DNA of 64,000 nucleotides, taken from assembly GCA_964390305.1 (NCBI GenBank), contig CAYMHT010000002.1, positions 27,212 to 91,211 of the forward strand. Direction: 5' to 3'. A program made the position numbers and the translations under genes. The DNA is from an uncultured Anaerolineales bacterium (GTDB lineage Bacteria > Chloroflexota > Anaerolineae > B4-G1). Below the pieces are notes generated by a model. The model made no database searches, had not been told where the DNA came from, and worked only from the letters and a program-made list of their open reading frames with translations. Shown here in pieces: positions 48,947 through 59,392 of this stretch. The number at the start of each line of letters is the position of its first letter. The stretch's first letter is position 1.

Positions 48947-50311
48947 CTACGTGTCAGCCTCTTCGTTCTCTTCTGATCTTTCTGGCTCTCCGGCCTCACC
49001 GGGTTCGTCCTCAGCAGCCGTACGCTCGGCTTTCCCCTTGGCGATGGTCACGAGCTGTTTGGCGGCCTTGCTCGCCAGCATACGGTTCCGTATGTCCCGC
49101 TGCCGCTCGGGCGCTCTGAGGGCCTCTCGCACCGCCTCTGCCCGCTCTCCGTACTGCTCGCTCGATTCGGCGATCTGGATGTCCAACTCCTCGTCGCTCA
49201 CCGCAAGGCCTTCGCGCTCCACCACCTCACCCAGCACCAGTGAACGCACAAGGGACTTCTCCACCTCTGGCCGCAGCTCCTCGCGGAGATCGTCCATCGT
49301 CTTACCCTGAATCCGCAGATAGTCCCTCAGCATCATGTGCTCACGGCGCTCGACCTGCGCCTCGTATTCCTCGACAGCGCTATCCAGCGCTTCCTCCAGC
49401 ATCATAGGCGGGTAGGACACCTCGGCCTGGTCGATGATCGCCTCCAGCACCTTCTCGGCGTACTCACCCTCAGCCTCGGCCCGCTGCCTCTCCCGCAGTC
49501 GCTCGCGAACGTCCTCCTCCAACTCCGCGAAGCTGTCATACTTCCCCACCGTGCGCGCCAGATCATCATCCAGCTCGGGAAGGATCCGCTCGTAGACGCT
49601 CTCCACGTCGGCGCTGAACGCGGCCTCCTCTCCCTGCAACGCCTCCACCTCGAAGTCCTCGGGCAAGGTCAGATCGAACCTCCGCTCTTCGCCCGCCTCC
49701 ACACCGATCAGGGCATCGACCAGCCCCGGGATAGGCCCATCATCCTCAGTCTCCAGCAGGATACGCGCCTCCTCCTCCTCCACAAAGACTCCCCCATCCG
49801 GTCCTCGACCCTCCAGCCAGCCCACCACAACATCCCCGGCAGCCGCCGGGCCATCGACAGGATTGAGAACCGCGTTCTGCTCCCGGATGCTCTGCAGGGC
49901 GCGCTCCACCGCCTCCTCCGCCACCTCCACGTTCGGGAACTCCCGACGGTAGTCCCGATAGCCGCCGAGGTCGACCTCAGGGGTCAGGGGGACGACGAAT
50001 TGTAGTCTGAGGGGCTCGAACTCCACCTCCTCCAGCGTCCCCGGGGCATACGGGACCAGCTCCTCTTTGTCCAGCGCCTCGCGATACACGTCTTGTGCCA
50101 GGCTGTTGACCAGCTCCTGGCGCACCACATCTCGACCAAGACGCTGCACTACGACGTCGTAAGGCGCCTTTCCCTTCCGGAAGCCAGGGATGTCCACCTC
50201 TCTGGAGATCTGGCGCGCGGTCTCTCGTTGCGCCCGCTCCACACGCTCTTCATCTACCTCGATCGTCAGCGCTAGCTGACGCTCGCCGATGGCTTCACTA
50301 CTGATCTTCAA
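48947..50311 (-). CDS. tig: trigger factor
   Basis: Ribosome-binding signature GFRKGKAPYDVV, PPIase and C-terminal arm; start re-set to TTG (LKISSE) 9 nt after GGAGG because the longer ORF overlaps the tRNA gene. Confidence 0.85.
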   Translation of the reverse strand: MKISSEAIGERQLALTIEVDEERVERAQRETARQISREVDIPGFRKGKAPYDVVVQRLGRDVVRQELVNSLAQDVYREALDKEELVPYAPGTLEEVEFEPLRLQFVVPLTPEVDLGGYRDYRREFPNVEVAEEAVERALQSIREQNAVLNPVDGPAAAGDVVVGWLEGRGPDGGVFVEEEEARILLETEDDGPIPGLVDALIGVEAGEERRFDLTLPEDFEVEALQGEEAAFSADVESVYERILPELDDDLARTVGKYDSFAELEEDVRERLRERQRAEAEGEYAEKVLEAIIDQAEVSYPPMMLEEALDSAVEEYEAQVERREHMMLRDYLRIQGKTMDDLREELRPEVEKSLVRSLVLGEVVEREGLAVSDEELDIQIAESSEQYGERAEAVREALRAPERQRDIRNRMLASKAAKQLVTIAKGKAERTAAEDEPGEAGEPERSEENEEADT

Positions 50312-50471
50312 TGGACTCTGCCTCCTGTCAATGCCGATGCTAACGGAGCCCTCAACCGCTGCCTCGCACCGTTCATCAACTTCAGGGGTCCGACCCGTCT
50401 CTTGAACGCGGCCTGAGCCCTGCACACCAGTAGGCGCGCATTCCACGCGCCTACTCACCTCGTCGGGCAAT

Positions 50472-50553
50472 GGGGAAGGCGGGATTCGAACCCGCACGGG
50501 TCTCCCCACGTGATCCTAAGTCACGCTCGTCTGCCCATTCCGACACTTCCCCG
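50472..50553 (-). tRNA. tRNA-Leu (anticodon UAG), type II
   Basis: Manual fold of reverse complement: acceptor GGGGAAG/CTTCCCC, D-stem TCG/CGA, anticodon stem CGTGA/TCACG loop CTTAGGA, long variable arm, T-loop TTCGAAT. Confidence 0.75.
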
Positions 50554-50566
50554 CTTGCCACCGGGA

Positions 50567-50595
50567 TTATAACGCCTTGCACCGTTTCATGCAAG
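50567..50595 (-). promoter_or_regulatory. sigma70 promoter (TTGCAT-17-TATAAT) for tRNA-Leu(UAG)-tig-clpP
   Basis: On minus strand: TTGCAT (plus 50590-50595) and TATAAT (plus 50567-50572); tRNA 5' end at 50553. Confidence 0.55.
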
Positions 50596-50601
50596 CAAGC
50601 T

Positions 50602-50630
50602 TGACAGGCCACCACACCGTTGGTATCATC
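50602..50630 (+). promoter_or_regulatory. sigma70 promoter (TTGACA-17-TATCAT) for pgi/pmi, divergent from and 6 bp away from the tRNA promoter
   Basis: TTGACA 50602-50607, TATCAT 50625-50630. Confidence 0.5.
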
Positions 50631-50694
50631 TCTCGAAGACCACCGTGCACCGATGGGCACCCAAGCCCGCCGACTACCGGGGAGGATACGCCCA

Positions 50695-51774
50695 ATGAAC
50701 CTCAATGACACCCAGGCCATCAGACACCTCGATTCCGACAACATGCTCGAGCGTATCCAGGCGCTGCCACAACAGTGCGCCGCGGCCTGGGAGCAGTCCG
50801 AGCAGCTCACCCTCCCGCCAGACTACGGTCTCGTCCGCCGCGTCACCATCGCTGGAATGGGAGGCTCCGCCATCGGAGGCGCACTTCTGCAAGGTCTCGT
50901 GGCCGATGAGTGCGACGTTCCCATTGATGTCGTACGCGGCTACGCCCTGCCCGCCTTCATCGAGGGGCCGGACAACCTGGTCGTCGCCTGCAGCTATTCC
51001 GGGAACACCGAAGAGACCCTCTCCTGCTTTCGGCAGGCACAGACGCGCGACGCCCGCGCGATAGCCATCACGACGGGCGGCAAGCTCGCCGACCTGGCCC
51101 ACCAGGCGGGCGCACCTGTCGTCCAGTTCGACTACCAGTCCCAGCCCAGGGCGGCCATCGGCTACTCCTTCCTCCTCCTCTTCGGCCTCATCCACCAGTT
51201 GGGATTCATCCGCGACTACTCCGACCAGCTCGCTGACTCAATTCGGATCATGTCCACCTGGCAGGAGCAGATCGGGGCCGCCGTGCCGCTGGCTCGCAAC
51301 GACGCCAAGCAGCTGGCGCGACGGATTGAAGGGCACTTGCCTCTCATCTACGGCGCTCAATTCCTGGCCGCCGTCGCCAACCGCTGGAAGACGCAGTTCA
51401 ACGAGAACGCCAAACAGTGGGCCTTCTTCGAAGTTCTTCCCGAGCTGCACCACAACGCTGTCGTCGGCTTCGGAATCCCCGATCGGATCCGCGAGAACGC
51501 CATCGTCCTCATGCTCCGTTCCCCCCTCGATCCACAGCGCATCCAGGAGCGCTGGGATGCCACACGCGAGCTCCTCGCACGCGAAGGCGTGACAGCCGAG
51601 GAGATCTACGGCCACGGCGAGAGCGCCCTCGCCCAGATGCTTTCCCTCATACACTTCGGCGACTTCGTCAGCTTCTACGTCGCCATGCTCAACGAGGTCG
51701 ACCCGACCCCCGTCGAGACCATCGCCTTCCTCAAACAGCGCCTTGCCCAACCGCGAACGACCCCCGACGGATAG
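50695..51774 (+). CDS. bifunctional phosphoglucose/phosphomannose isomerase (SIS-domain PGI/PMI family)
   Basis: GGGAGG RBS before ATG 50695; SIS domain pattern (VTIAGMGGSAIGGALL...VVACSYSGNTEETL). Confidence 0.75.
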   Translation: MNLNDTQAIRHLDSDNMLERIQALPQQCAAAWEQSEQLTLPPDYGLVRRVTIAGMGGSAIGGALLQGLVADECDVPIDVVRGYALPAFIEGPDNLVVACSYSGNTEETLSCFRQAQTRDARAIAITTGGKLADLAHQAGAPVVQFDYQSQPRAAIGYSFLLLFGLIHQLGFIRDYSDQLADSIRIMSTWQEQIGAAVPLARNDAKQLARRIEGHLPLIYGAQFLAAVANRWKTQFNENAKQWAFFEVLPELHHNAVVGFGIPDRIRENAIVLMLRSPLDPQRIQERWDATRELLAREGVTAEEIYGHGESALAQMLSLIHFGDFVSFYVAMLNEVDPTPVETIAFLKQRLAQPRTTPDG

Positions 51775-51828
51775 AAATCCCGACACCTTTCGCGCCGTGG
51801 GCCTCAGCCGTGTATGTTCCCCAATTCC

Positions 51829-51857
51829 TTGACAAATTATCTACATTCGGGTACACT
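51829..51857 (+). promoter_or_regulatory. sigma70 promoter (TTGACA-17-TACACT) overlapped by three ~10/11-bp-spaced ACA direct repeats resembling a CarH-type operator
   Basis: TTGACA 51829-51834; TACACT 51852-51857; ACA at 51832, 51843, 51853, the first two preceded by T at -3 (nnnnTnnACAn-like). Confidence 0.45.
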
Positions 51858-51893
51858 CTAACTCGAAGCTCAACAGAGGAGCGGACTGACGCG

Positions 51894-53225
51894 ATGCCGA
51901 GAGAGACCTACCGGGAGCCAATCTTCAACCTGAAAGCCGTGGTGGAGGCAACAGGCGTCACGGCCGACGCCCTGCGCGCGTGGGAGCGCCGCTACGATCT
52001 CCCCCGGCCAGACCGCACCGAGGCCGGCCACCGCATCTACTCCCAGCGCGATATCGATACCGTCAGGTGGCTGGTCGCCCGGCAGGAAGAGGGGCTCAGG
52101 ATCGGCAGGGCCGTTGACCTGTGGCGCAGCCTGGAAGAACGAGGCCAGGATCCTCTTCGCAAGATGCCCCTCTCCTCACAACCTGCAGGCATGCCCACCG
52201 GGCAAGGGACCGCCGACCTGCGCGAAGAATGGGTGTCCGCTTGCCTCGCTTTCGATGATCGGCGAGCGGACCAGGCCCTCACCCGGGCCTTCGCCCTCTT
52301 CTCTCCAGAGCTGGTCGTCCTCGATATTGTACGGGAGGGAATCGCGGAGATTGGTCGGAGGTGGTACCAGGGCGAGGTTACGGTACAGCAGGAACACTTT
52401 GCGTCCCAGGTCGCCATGCGCCGTCTCAAAGCCCTGATGACCGGCGCGCCACCGCCCACCCGCCGAGGCCGCGTCGTGATCGCATGCTCACCACACGAGG
52501 AGCACGCCGTCGGCCCCTTCATCTTGGCGCTGCTGCTCCGCAGAGCGAGCTGGGACGTGGTCTACCTGGGCACCGACGTTCCGCTCGAGCGGATGGAACA
52601 GACGGTCGACGCTACGGGGCCCGACCTCGTTGTCCTCGCTGCACAGCAGCTCCACACGGCAGCTACGCTCCTCAGAATGGCCCAGCTCTTGCAGCGCAAG
52701 GCCGTCTGCGTCGGGTTCGGGGGCGGCATCTTCAACCGCATCCCCGACCTGCGAAAGCGCGTGCCCGGCCATTTCCTGGGCCCGACCCTGACGAAGGCGA
52801 TGGAACGGACCGAGCGCCTCATTGTGACCAGCCCCCAGCCTCCCGCCGCAGAGAGCCGGTCGCCCGCCTACGACGAGGCCCTCGCGCATTACTTGGATCA
52901 TCAGCTCGCCGTGGAGGCCCAGGTCTGCCAGTCCCTCGCGGTCGAAGGGCTGCCTCCCCAGACCATGCATCAGGTCGCCGACGCATTCTCTGGTGCTCTC
53001 CTGGCCGCCCTCCAGTTCGGCGAGATCGACCTGCTCGGTGACTACGTAGACTGGGTGGAACGCCGGGACGTCCAACAGCAGACTTCGGTGCAAGGGCTCC
53101 GCCAGGTGCTTGAGGCCTATCACGAGGCTGTAAGAGACCAGTTGGACGAGCGTGCCGCGCCCATTGCCAGCTGGCTCCGCGAGCGGCTCGGTCAGACAGC
53201 CCACAACCTGGGAGAAAGGGAATGA
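51894..53225 (+). CDS. CarH/LitR-type MerR-family transcription regulator with AdoB12-binding light-sensor module (Wx9EH helical bundle plus Rossmann B12 domain) and ~150-aa C-terminal extension
   Basis: MerR HTH (FNLKAVVEATGVTADALRAWERRYDLPRPDRTEAGHRIYS); exact Wx9EH motif (RRWYQGEVTVQQEHF); B12-binding (D/E)xHxxG (SPHEEHAVGPFILALLL...VVYLG); AGAGGAG RBS. Confidence 0.75.
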   Translation: MPRETYREPIFNLKAVVEATGVTADALRAWERRYDLPRPDRTEAGHRIYSQRDIDTVRWLVARQEEGLRIGRAVDLWRSLEERGQDPLRKMPLSSQPAGMPTGQGTADLREEWVSACLAFDDRRADQALTRAFALFSPELVVLDIVREGIAEIGRRWYQGEVTVQQEHFASQVAMRRLKALMTGAPPPTRRGRVVIACSPHEEHAVGPFILALLLRRASWDVVYLGTDVPLERMEQTVDATGPDLVVLAAQQLHTAATLLRMAQLLQRKAVCVGFGGGIFNRIPDLRKRVPGHFLGPTLTKAMERTERLIVTSPQPPAAESRSPAYDEALAHYLDHQLAVEAQVCQSLAVEGLPPQTMHQVADAFSGALLAALQFGEIDLLGDYVDWVERRDVQQQTSVQGLRQVLEAYHEAVRDQLDERAAPIASWLRERLGQTAHNLGERE

Positions 53226-53692
53226 GCCGTCTGCGACCGGAGAACCTTCATGTCACCCACTCCCCGCGCGTCAGCGCTGACGGTCCCATAACACCGCGCT
53301 TCTACACCCTCACCCACTCCGACCTCACCGGCGATCTCTTCCTCACCATCGACTCCGCCTACGACACCGAGCAGATCTCCGGCCTGTACACGCGCCTCAT
53401 GCGCGACGAGGTACTAGCCGAATGGAAGGACGAAGAGCCAGGCCCAGTTCTTCACGTCCACTGTCACGTCAGTGGCGGACTGGCCCTGGGCCCGGCGGGC
53501 ACGCGATTCGCAATCTTCAAGACGGAGTTGCCCCTGGTCTTGCAGGCGCTCCGCTATGGCGACAGAGGCCTGTTCGAGGCGCACCCGGCGCTCGACCAAG
53601 CAACCATAGAGGTACACTTCCACGCGACTCAGCCTCGCTACGACCGGGTCGAGCGCTGGGGCGTCCCTGGTGACCATCGACACGAGAGTTGA
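53222..53692 (+). CDS. Stay-Green (SGR) family protein, bacterial homolog of chlorophyll Mg-dechelatase
   Basis: Strong similarity across SGR core: RFYTLTHSDLTGDLFLTI, YTRLMRDEVLAEWKD, LHVHCHVSGG, RFAIFKTELPLVLQALRYGD, IEVHFHATQPRYDRVERWG; ATGA overlap with regulator stop. Confidence 0.75.
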   Translation: MSRLRPENLHVTHSPRVSADGPITPRFYTLTHSDLTGDLFLTIDSAYDTEQISGLYTRLMRDEVLAEWKDEEPGPVLHVHCHVSGGLALGPAGTRFAIFKTELPLVLQALRYGDRGLFEAHPALDQATIEVHFHATQPRYDRVERWGVPGDHRHES

Positions 53693-53723
53693 CCGTCATC
53701 TCTCCACCGTGTGCTGAGTGCCT

Positions 53724-54497
53724 ATGAAGTCGAGAGCAGAGAGAACCGTGCGCTATATCAAGCGATGGTGGTGGGTGCTGCTTCTTATCCCGCTCCTGGC
53801 GGCCGTCGGCTTCGTCGTCTGGGCCGAATCCACATCCAGCCCAATGCCCGGAGGGGAGGCCGCCTTGGAGGCACCCATGAGTGCCGACGACGTATTGGTG
53901 ACGAGGCACGATTGGCTCACATTCCGCCCCACAGCCCAGGAGCCCTCCACCGGCCTCGTCTTCTATCCCGGCGGGCGCGTCGATCCGCGCGCCTACGGCC
54001 CGCCTGCCCGCGCCATCGCTGGCCGGGGCTATCTCGTGGTCGTCGTGCCCATGCCGCTCAACCTTGCGGTCTTCGCGCCAGATCGCGCGGCCGCTGTGAT
54101 CGACTCGTTTCCACAAGTAACGCGGTGGGTCGTCGGAGGACACTCGTTGGGCGGAGCGATGGCGGCCCGTTTTGCTCACAGGCATCCGGGGACGGTGGAG
54201 GGGCTCCTGCTCTGGGCCTCCTACCCGGCACAGAGTGACGACCTCTCCGAGCAGGATCTTTCTGTCACCGCCGTATACGCCACCAACGACGGGCTGGCTA
54301 CCCCCGAGGAGATCGCTGCCTCGCGGCACCTCCTCCCTTCGGGGACCCAATGGATCGAGATTGAGGGCGGCAATCACGCACAATTCGGCTGGTACGGCTC
54401 GCAGGCCGGGGACGTGCCAGCCACGATCAGCCGCGAAGCACAGCAGCACCAGGTGACGGCTGCAACCCTGGCCCTGCTCCAAGAGGTGGAGAGATGA
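53724..54497 (+). CDS. membrane-anchored alpha/beta hydrolase (GHSLGG nucleophile elbow)
   Basis: N-terminal TM helix; alpha/beta-hydrolase motifs GHSLGG, catalytic Asp/His candidates; alternative GTG start at 53718. Confidence 0.7.
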   Translation: MKSRAERTVRYIKRWWWVLLLIPLLAAVGFVVWAESTSSPMPGGEAALEAPMSADDVLVTRHDWLTFRPTAQEPSTGLVFYPGGRVDPRAYGPPARAIAGRGYLVVVVPMPLNLAVFAPDRAAAVIDSFPQVTRWVVGGHSLGGAMAARFAHRHPGTVEGLLLWASYPAQSDDLSEQDLSVTAVYATNDGLATPEEIAASRHLLPSGTQWIEIEGGNHAQFGWYGSQAGDVPATISREAQQHQVTAATLALLQEVER

Positions 54498-54651
54498 GAC
54501 GCGGAGCCGAGGCCGGCCACCAGCGCGATACGTCCGGGGTTCACCAGCCGGGCGGCATCCCTGCTCGTCACGAAGAGGCCTGGGAATCCAGAGGGGCCGG
54601 GCCACGTCAACCGACGACGTCCCGGGGCAGAGAGCGCGGCAGGAGCGAGAG

Positions 54652-55623
<972 letters not shown>

Positions 55624-55780
55624 TGAACGGGCGAGCGCTCTCCGCAGTTGCCTCACAAACGTTGACGCGACGGGAAAGGCCCGAGCACAAACAGTGGGTC
55701 GCAGTGCACCGCTCGGTCTAGGGAAAGGAACCGAGGCCGCCGAATCAGACGAGCAAGATGCTAAGCGAAGGACACCATAT

Positions 55781-56128
55781 ATGGACAACAAACTCGCACA
55801 CACGAAGTCTTCGGGCAGTCGTGGCGATGCCCGCGTCCTGACTGAGGAGAAGATGAAGGAGATGATGCCTCAGGTTCCCGACTGGGAGATTGTTGAGGAG
55901 GACGGCGCGAAGAAACTGAGACGCGATTTCGAGTTCGGCAATTTCGTCGAAGCCCTCCAGTTTGCCAATGAGATCGGCGAGATTGCAGAGGAACAGGGAC
56001 ATCACCCCATCATCATCCTGACCTGGGGCCGCGCCACGATCACCTGGTACACCCACGACATCAAGGGGCTGCACGAGAACGACTTCCTTATGGCCGCCAA
56101 GAGCGATAAGCTGTATTCACCTGAGTAG
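55781..56128 (+). CDS. pterin-4a-carbinolamine dehydratase (PCD/DCoH family)
   Basis: PCD signature (DFEFGNFVEALQFANEIGEIAEEQGHHPIIILTWGRATITWYTHDIKGL). Confidence 0.8.
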   Translation: MDNKLAHTKSSGSRGDARVLTEEKMKEMMPQVPDWEIVEEDGAKKLRRDFEFGNFVEALQFANEIGEIAEEQGHHPIIILTWGRATITWYTHDIKGLHENDFLMAAKSDKLYSPE

Positions 56129-56161
56129 TCAACTCGCTCACTTACCCCGTCGAGGATACCC

Positions 56162-57004
56162 ATGTCAGTAAAGATTGTCACCGATAGCACCTGCGACCTG
56201 CCCGAGGAGATCACGGCCGATCTCGGAGTCACCGTCGTGCCGCTGTACATCAACGTGGGCCAGAAGAGCTACCTGGATGGCGTTGAGATGTCACGGCAGG
56301 AGTTCTATGAACGCCTGCCTACGTTTGAGGACCATCCTCAGACGGCCTCGCCCGGCCCAGAGATGTTTCGCGAGACCTACGAGAGGCTAGCGAACGAGGG
56401 CGCTCAAGAGATTCTCTCCATCCACATCTCCATCAGCCTCAGCGGGACGCTCAACACGGCGCAGCTGGCTGCCGAGGCAACAGACGCCGTGCCGGTCACG
56501 GTCTTCGACTCGGGGCAGTTGAGCGTCGGAACCGGGTTCCTGGTCAAGACAGCCGCCAAGGCGGCCGCGGCGGGGCGCTCCATCGCCGAGATCGTTGACG
56601 AGCTCAAGGAGAGGACCCGGCGAACACATCTGTTTGCAGCCCTGGACACCCTCGAGTTTCTTCAGCGGAGCGGGCGGATGAACTGGGCAGTCTCGAAGAT
56701 TGGGGGCCTGCTGAGGATCAAACCGCTACTGACGATGCACGACGGCGAGCCCAACGTTCAGCAGGTGCGCACGACAAAACGCGCCGTGCAGCGACTGCTC
56801 GACATGTTGGAGGATCTGGCGCCGCTTGAGGAGTTGGCGTTGGTGCATACCCAGGCACCAGAGACGATCAGGGAGCTTCGTGAGCGTGCCAGACATCTCT
56901 TCCCCGAGGGCAAGGAGCCGATTGAGGCCGAGGTGACGCCCGTGATTGGAGCTCACATCGGACCAGGGGCCGCAGGCTTCGCGTGCGTGGCCGCCAGCAG
57001 ATGA
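56162..57004 (+). CDS. DegV family fatty-acid-binding protein
   Basis: MSVKIVTDSTCDLPEE... DegV fold pattern throughout. Confidence 0.85.
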   Translation: MSVKIVTDSTCDLPEEITADLGVTVVPLYINVGQKSYLDGVEMSRQEFYERLPTFEDHPQTASPGPEMFRETYERLANEGAQEILSIHISISLSGTLNTAQLAAEATDAVPVTVFDSGQLSVGTGFLVKTAAKAAAAGRSIAEIVDELKERTRRTHLFAALDTLEFLQRSGRMNWAVSKIGGLLRIKPLLTMHDGEPNVQQVRTTKRAVQRLLDMLEDLAPLEELALVHTQAPETIRELRERARHLFPEGKEPIEAEVTPVIGAHIGPGAAGFACVAASR

Positions 57005-57085
57005 GCAGATTGTCGCCACAATGCGCTGCGTCCTGTTGCCAGAGCGACGAATCGCAGAGCAGCTCGGTTTGCGGAGGTGTTCGAC

Positions 57086-57535
57086 GTGATAGCCATCCGA
57101 GAATACTGTGACGAAGACTGGCGGGCGATATGTCGCATTCACGACCGCGCCCGGCCGGATGAGTTGAGAGGTTCTTGTGATCCACGTGCCTTCGTGCCGA
57201 TCGAGCAGGACAAAGAGGTAGAGGATCTGCGCCTGGCACATGAGCTCGTGGCCCGCAACGGCGAGCGCGTGGTCGGGTTTGTGGGGATCGACGGCGACTG
57301 TCTGGCGTGGCTCCACGTAGATCCCGAGTATTACGAACAGGGGATAGGACGAGCCCTTCTGCGGAAGGGTCTCGCGGAGATCGGTCCGCGGGCGTGGACG
57401 ATTGTGCTGGATGGAAAGGAGCCAGCCCGCCACCTGTACGAAAGCGAGGGGTTCAGAGAGGTACTTCGCTTTGACAGCGACAATGCCGGATACCCGTGCC
57501 GGTGCATCCGAATGGAGCGATATGAAGTGGGTTGA
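57086..57535 (+). CDS. GNAT family N-acetyltransferase
   Basis: GNAT motifs (VVGFVGIDGDCLAWLHVDPEYYEQGIGRALL); GTG start 8 nt after GGAGG (alternative GTG at 57077). Confidence 0.7.
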   Translation: MIAIREYCDEDWRAICRIHDRARPDELRGSCDPRAFVPIEQDKEVEDLRLAHELVARNGERVVGFVGIDGDCLAWLHVDPEYYEQGIGRALLRKGLAEIGPRAWTIVLDGKEPARHLYESEGFREVLRFDSDNAGYPCRCIRMERYEVG

Positions 57536-57884
57536 AGTGGTAGCGAAAGACGATCTTCCAAAGGGCACGCGCCAGGTGCTTGACGTGACCGGGCGAGATA
57601 TCCTCCTCATCAATCACGAGGGGCAGATTCACGCCGTGGGGAACCGCTGCCCCCACATGGGCGCGAAGCTGGAGCACGGTGAGGTGACCGCGGACAGTAG
57701 CATCGTGTGCCCGCGCCATCACAGCGTGTTCGATCTGACCACAGGTGCAGTGGAGGATTGGGTACCCTGGCCACCCCTGGTCGGGCGCGCTCTAGGCGCC
57801 GTCTCCCAGGAGAGGGCCCTCCCCGTGTACCCCACGAAGGTGGAGGAAGGTAGCATTTGGGTGGCCATCGAGGATTCTGGATGA
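57522..57884 (+). CDS. Rieske [2Fe-2S] domain protein (small ferredoxin-like)
   Basis: CPH...CPRH Rieske ligand boxes (NRCPHMGAKL; CPRHHSVFD); start overlaps GNAT end. Confidence 0.75.
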   Translation: MKWVEVVAKDDLPKGTRQVLDVTGRDILLINHEGQIHAVGNRCPHMGAKLEHGEVTADSSIVCPRHHSVFDLTTGAVEDWVPWPPLVGRALGAVSQERALPVYPTKVEEGSIWVAIEDSG

Positions 57885-58942
57885 GCGGCAGGGACACGTG
57901 GACGGTGATCGACGTGGACGACCTGCCGTATGTCACAGCGGATCTGGCGGGGATCGGCGGGGAGATCAAGATCGAGCCGGCCCAGTTCGTGGTGGAGGAG
58001 ATACCGCTGTACGAACCATCCGGCGAAGGGCAGCACGTCTACGTCCGCCTGACCAGGGAGGGATGGACCACCCGCGCTCTGGAGCGAGAGCTGCGGAAGC
58101 TGTTCGATCTACGGGAGGTGGACGTCGGCTGCGCCGGTCGGAAGGACAAGCACGCCCGCACCACGCAGACGTTCTCCCTCAACTTGCCCGGGACCGATGA
58201 GGACGCCGTCGCCCACCGGATTCACGAGAACCTGCCGGTCGAGGTCGAGTGGGTGCGGCGCCACCGCAACAAGATCCGAGCCGGACACCTCCTCGGCAAC
58301 CGCTTCCGCATCGTGGTCGTGGATGCGCACGAGGACGCTCTCGCTCGATCCCAGACCATCGCCGAGGCGCTGAAAGATCACGGGCTGCCGAACTTCTACG
58401 GTCCGCAGCGATTTGGCACGTACGGTGACAACGCAGAGCGCGGTCGGGACATTCTGCTGACGGGGAAGGGACCGCGCAAGCGCTGGCTGCGACGTCTCCT
58501 GTTGCGTGCCTATCAATCGGCGCTGTTTAACACGTGGCTCGTCCGGCGGCTGGAGCGTGATTGGTTCGAACGCCTGTTGACTGGCGACATTGCCAAGAAA
58601 CTCGATACGGGCGGCCTGTTCGAAATAGAGGACGCGGCAGCGGAACAGCCTCGCTTTGACCGCCGCGAGATCACGTACACGGGCCCGATCTACGGGTCCA
58701 GAATGTGGTGGGCGGGCGGTCCGCCGGGTGAGCTGGAGCGCGATGTGCTCGAACAGGCGCAGGTGACAGAGGAGATGCTGGAGCGAGAGCGCCTGAGTGG
58801 GAGTCGCCGCCGCGCGCGACTGCTGCTGGAGGACCTTGAGGTGGAGAGTCACCCTGACGGCATACTGTTCACGTTTAGCCTCCCCAAGGGGGCATACGCG
58901 ACGACCTTGCTGCGGGATTTCATGAAGCAGGTCGTCACCTGA
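57881..58942 (+). CDS. truD: tRNA pseudouridine synthase TruD/Pus7 family
   Basis: TruD core with catalytic Asp context (GRKDKHA) and overall family pattern; ATGA overlap with Rieske gene. Confidence 0.7.
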   Translation: MSGRDTWTVIDVDDLPYVTADLAGIGGEIKIEPAQFVVEEIPLYEPSGEGQHVYVRLTREGWTTRALERELRKLFDLREVDVGCAGRKDKHARTTQTFSLNLPGTDEDAVAHRIHENLPVEVEWVRRHRNKIRAGHLLGNRFRIVVVDAHEDALARSQTIAEALKDHGLPNFYGPQRFGTYGDNAERGRDILLTGKGPRKRWLRRLLLRAYQSALFNTWLVRRLERDWFERLLTGDIAKKLDTGGLFEIEDAAAEQPRFDRREITYTGPIYGSRMWWAGGPPGELERDVLEQAQVTEEMLERERLSGSRRRARLLLEDLEVESHPDGILFTFSLPKGAYATTLLRDFMKQVVT

Positions 58943-59056
58943 GGCGGAGCCCACGACTGGAGAAGGGCCCCGCTGGCACGCGCCGGTCGTGCCCTGCACG
59001 GGCGGGTTGGCCCTGTTGTGGGTACATGCGTGCCTAGCCAAGAATGGGAGAGATCT

Positions 59057-59392
59057 ATGAGACTCGCAAAGATATTGGCCTTGCTCGGGGCGGCTGCAAT
59101 GACAGCGGTTCTCGTCTACGCGTTCAGCACCGGCGACTTGGGCAAGGAGGGAAGCGCGCTTCTGTCCATGCCCTGGGGCATCGTATCGCTGGTCGACCTG
59201 TACGTGGGATTCTTTCTCTTCTCCGGGTGGATCGCCTACCGGGAGAAGTCCTTCATCCGCTCGGTCGTGTGGATCGTGTTGATGATGGTCCTGGGTTTTT
59301 TCACCGCCAGCGTGTACACCCTGGTCGCGCTGCAGACCAGCGGGGGCGACTGGCGCCGCTTCTGGATGGGAAGGCGCTGGGAGGATGAGTAG
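59057..59392 (+). CDS. DUF1475-like small membrane protein
   Basis: Three TM helices; GGGAGAG RBS before ATG 59057. Confidence 0.5.
   Translation: MRLAKILALLGAAAMTAVLVYAFSTGDLGKEGSALLSMPWGIVSLVDLYVGFFLFSGWIAYREKSFIRSVVWIVLMMVLGFFTASVYTLVALQTSGGDWRRFWMGRRWEDE

Noticed and set aside
50312-50509. N-terminal extension of the trigger-factor ORF
   Set aside because: Extension would run through the tRNA-Leu(UAG) gene; TTG start at 50311 with GGAGG RBS reproduces canonical trigger-factor N-terminus.
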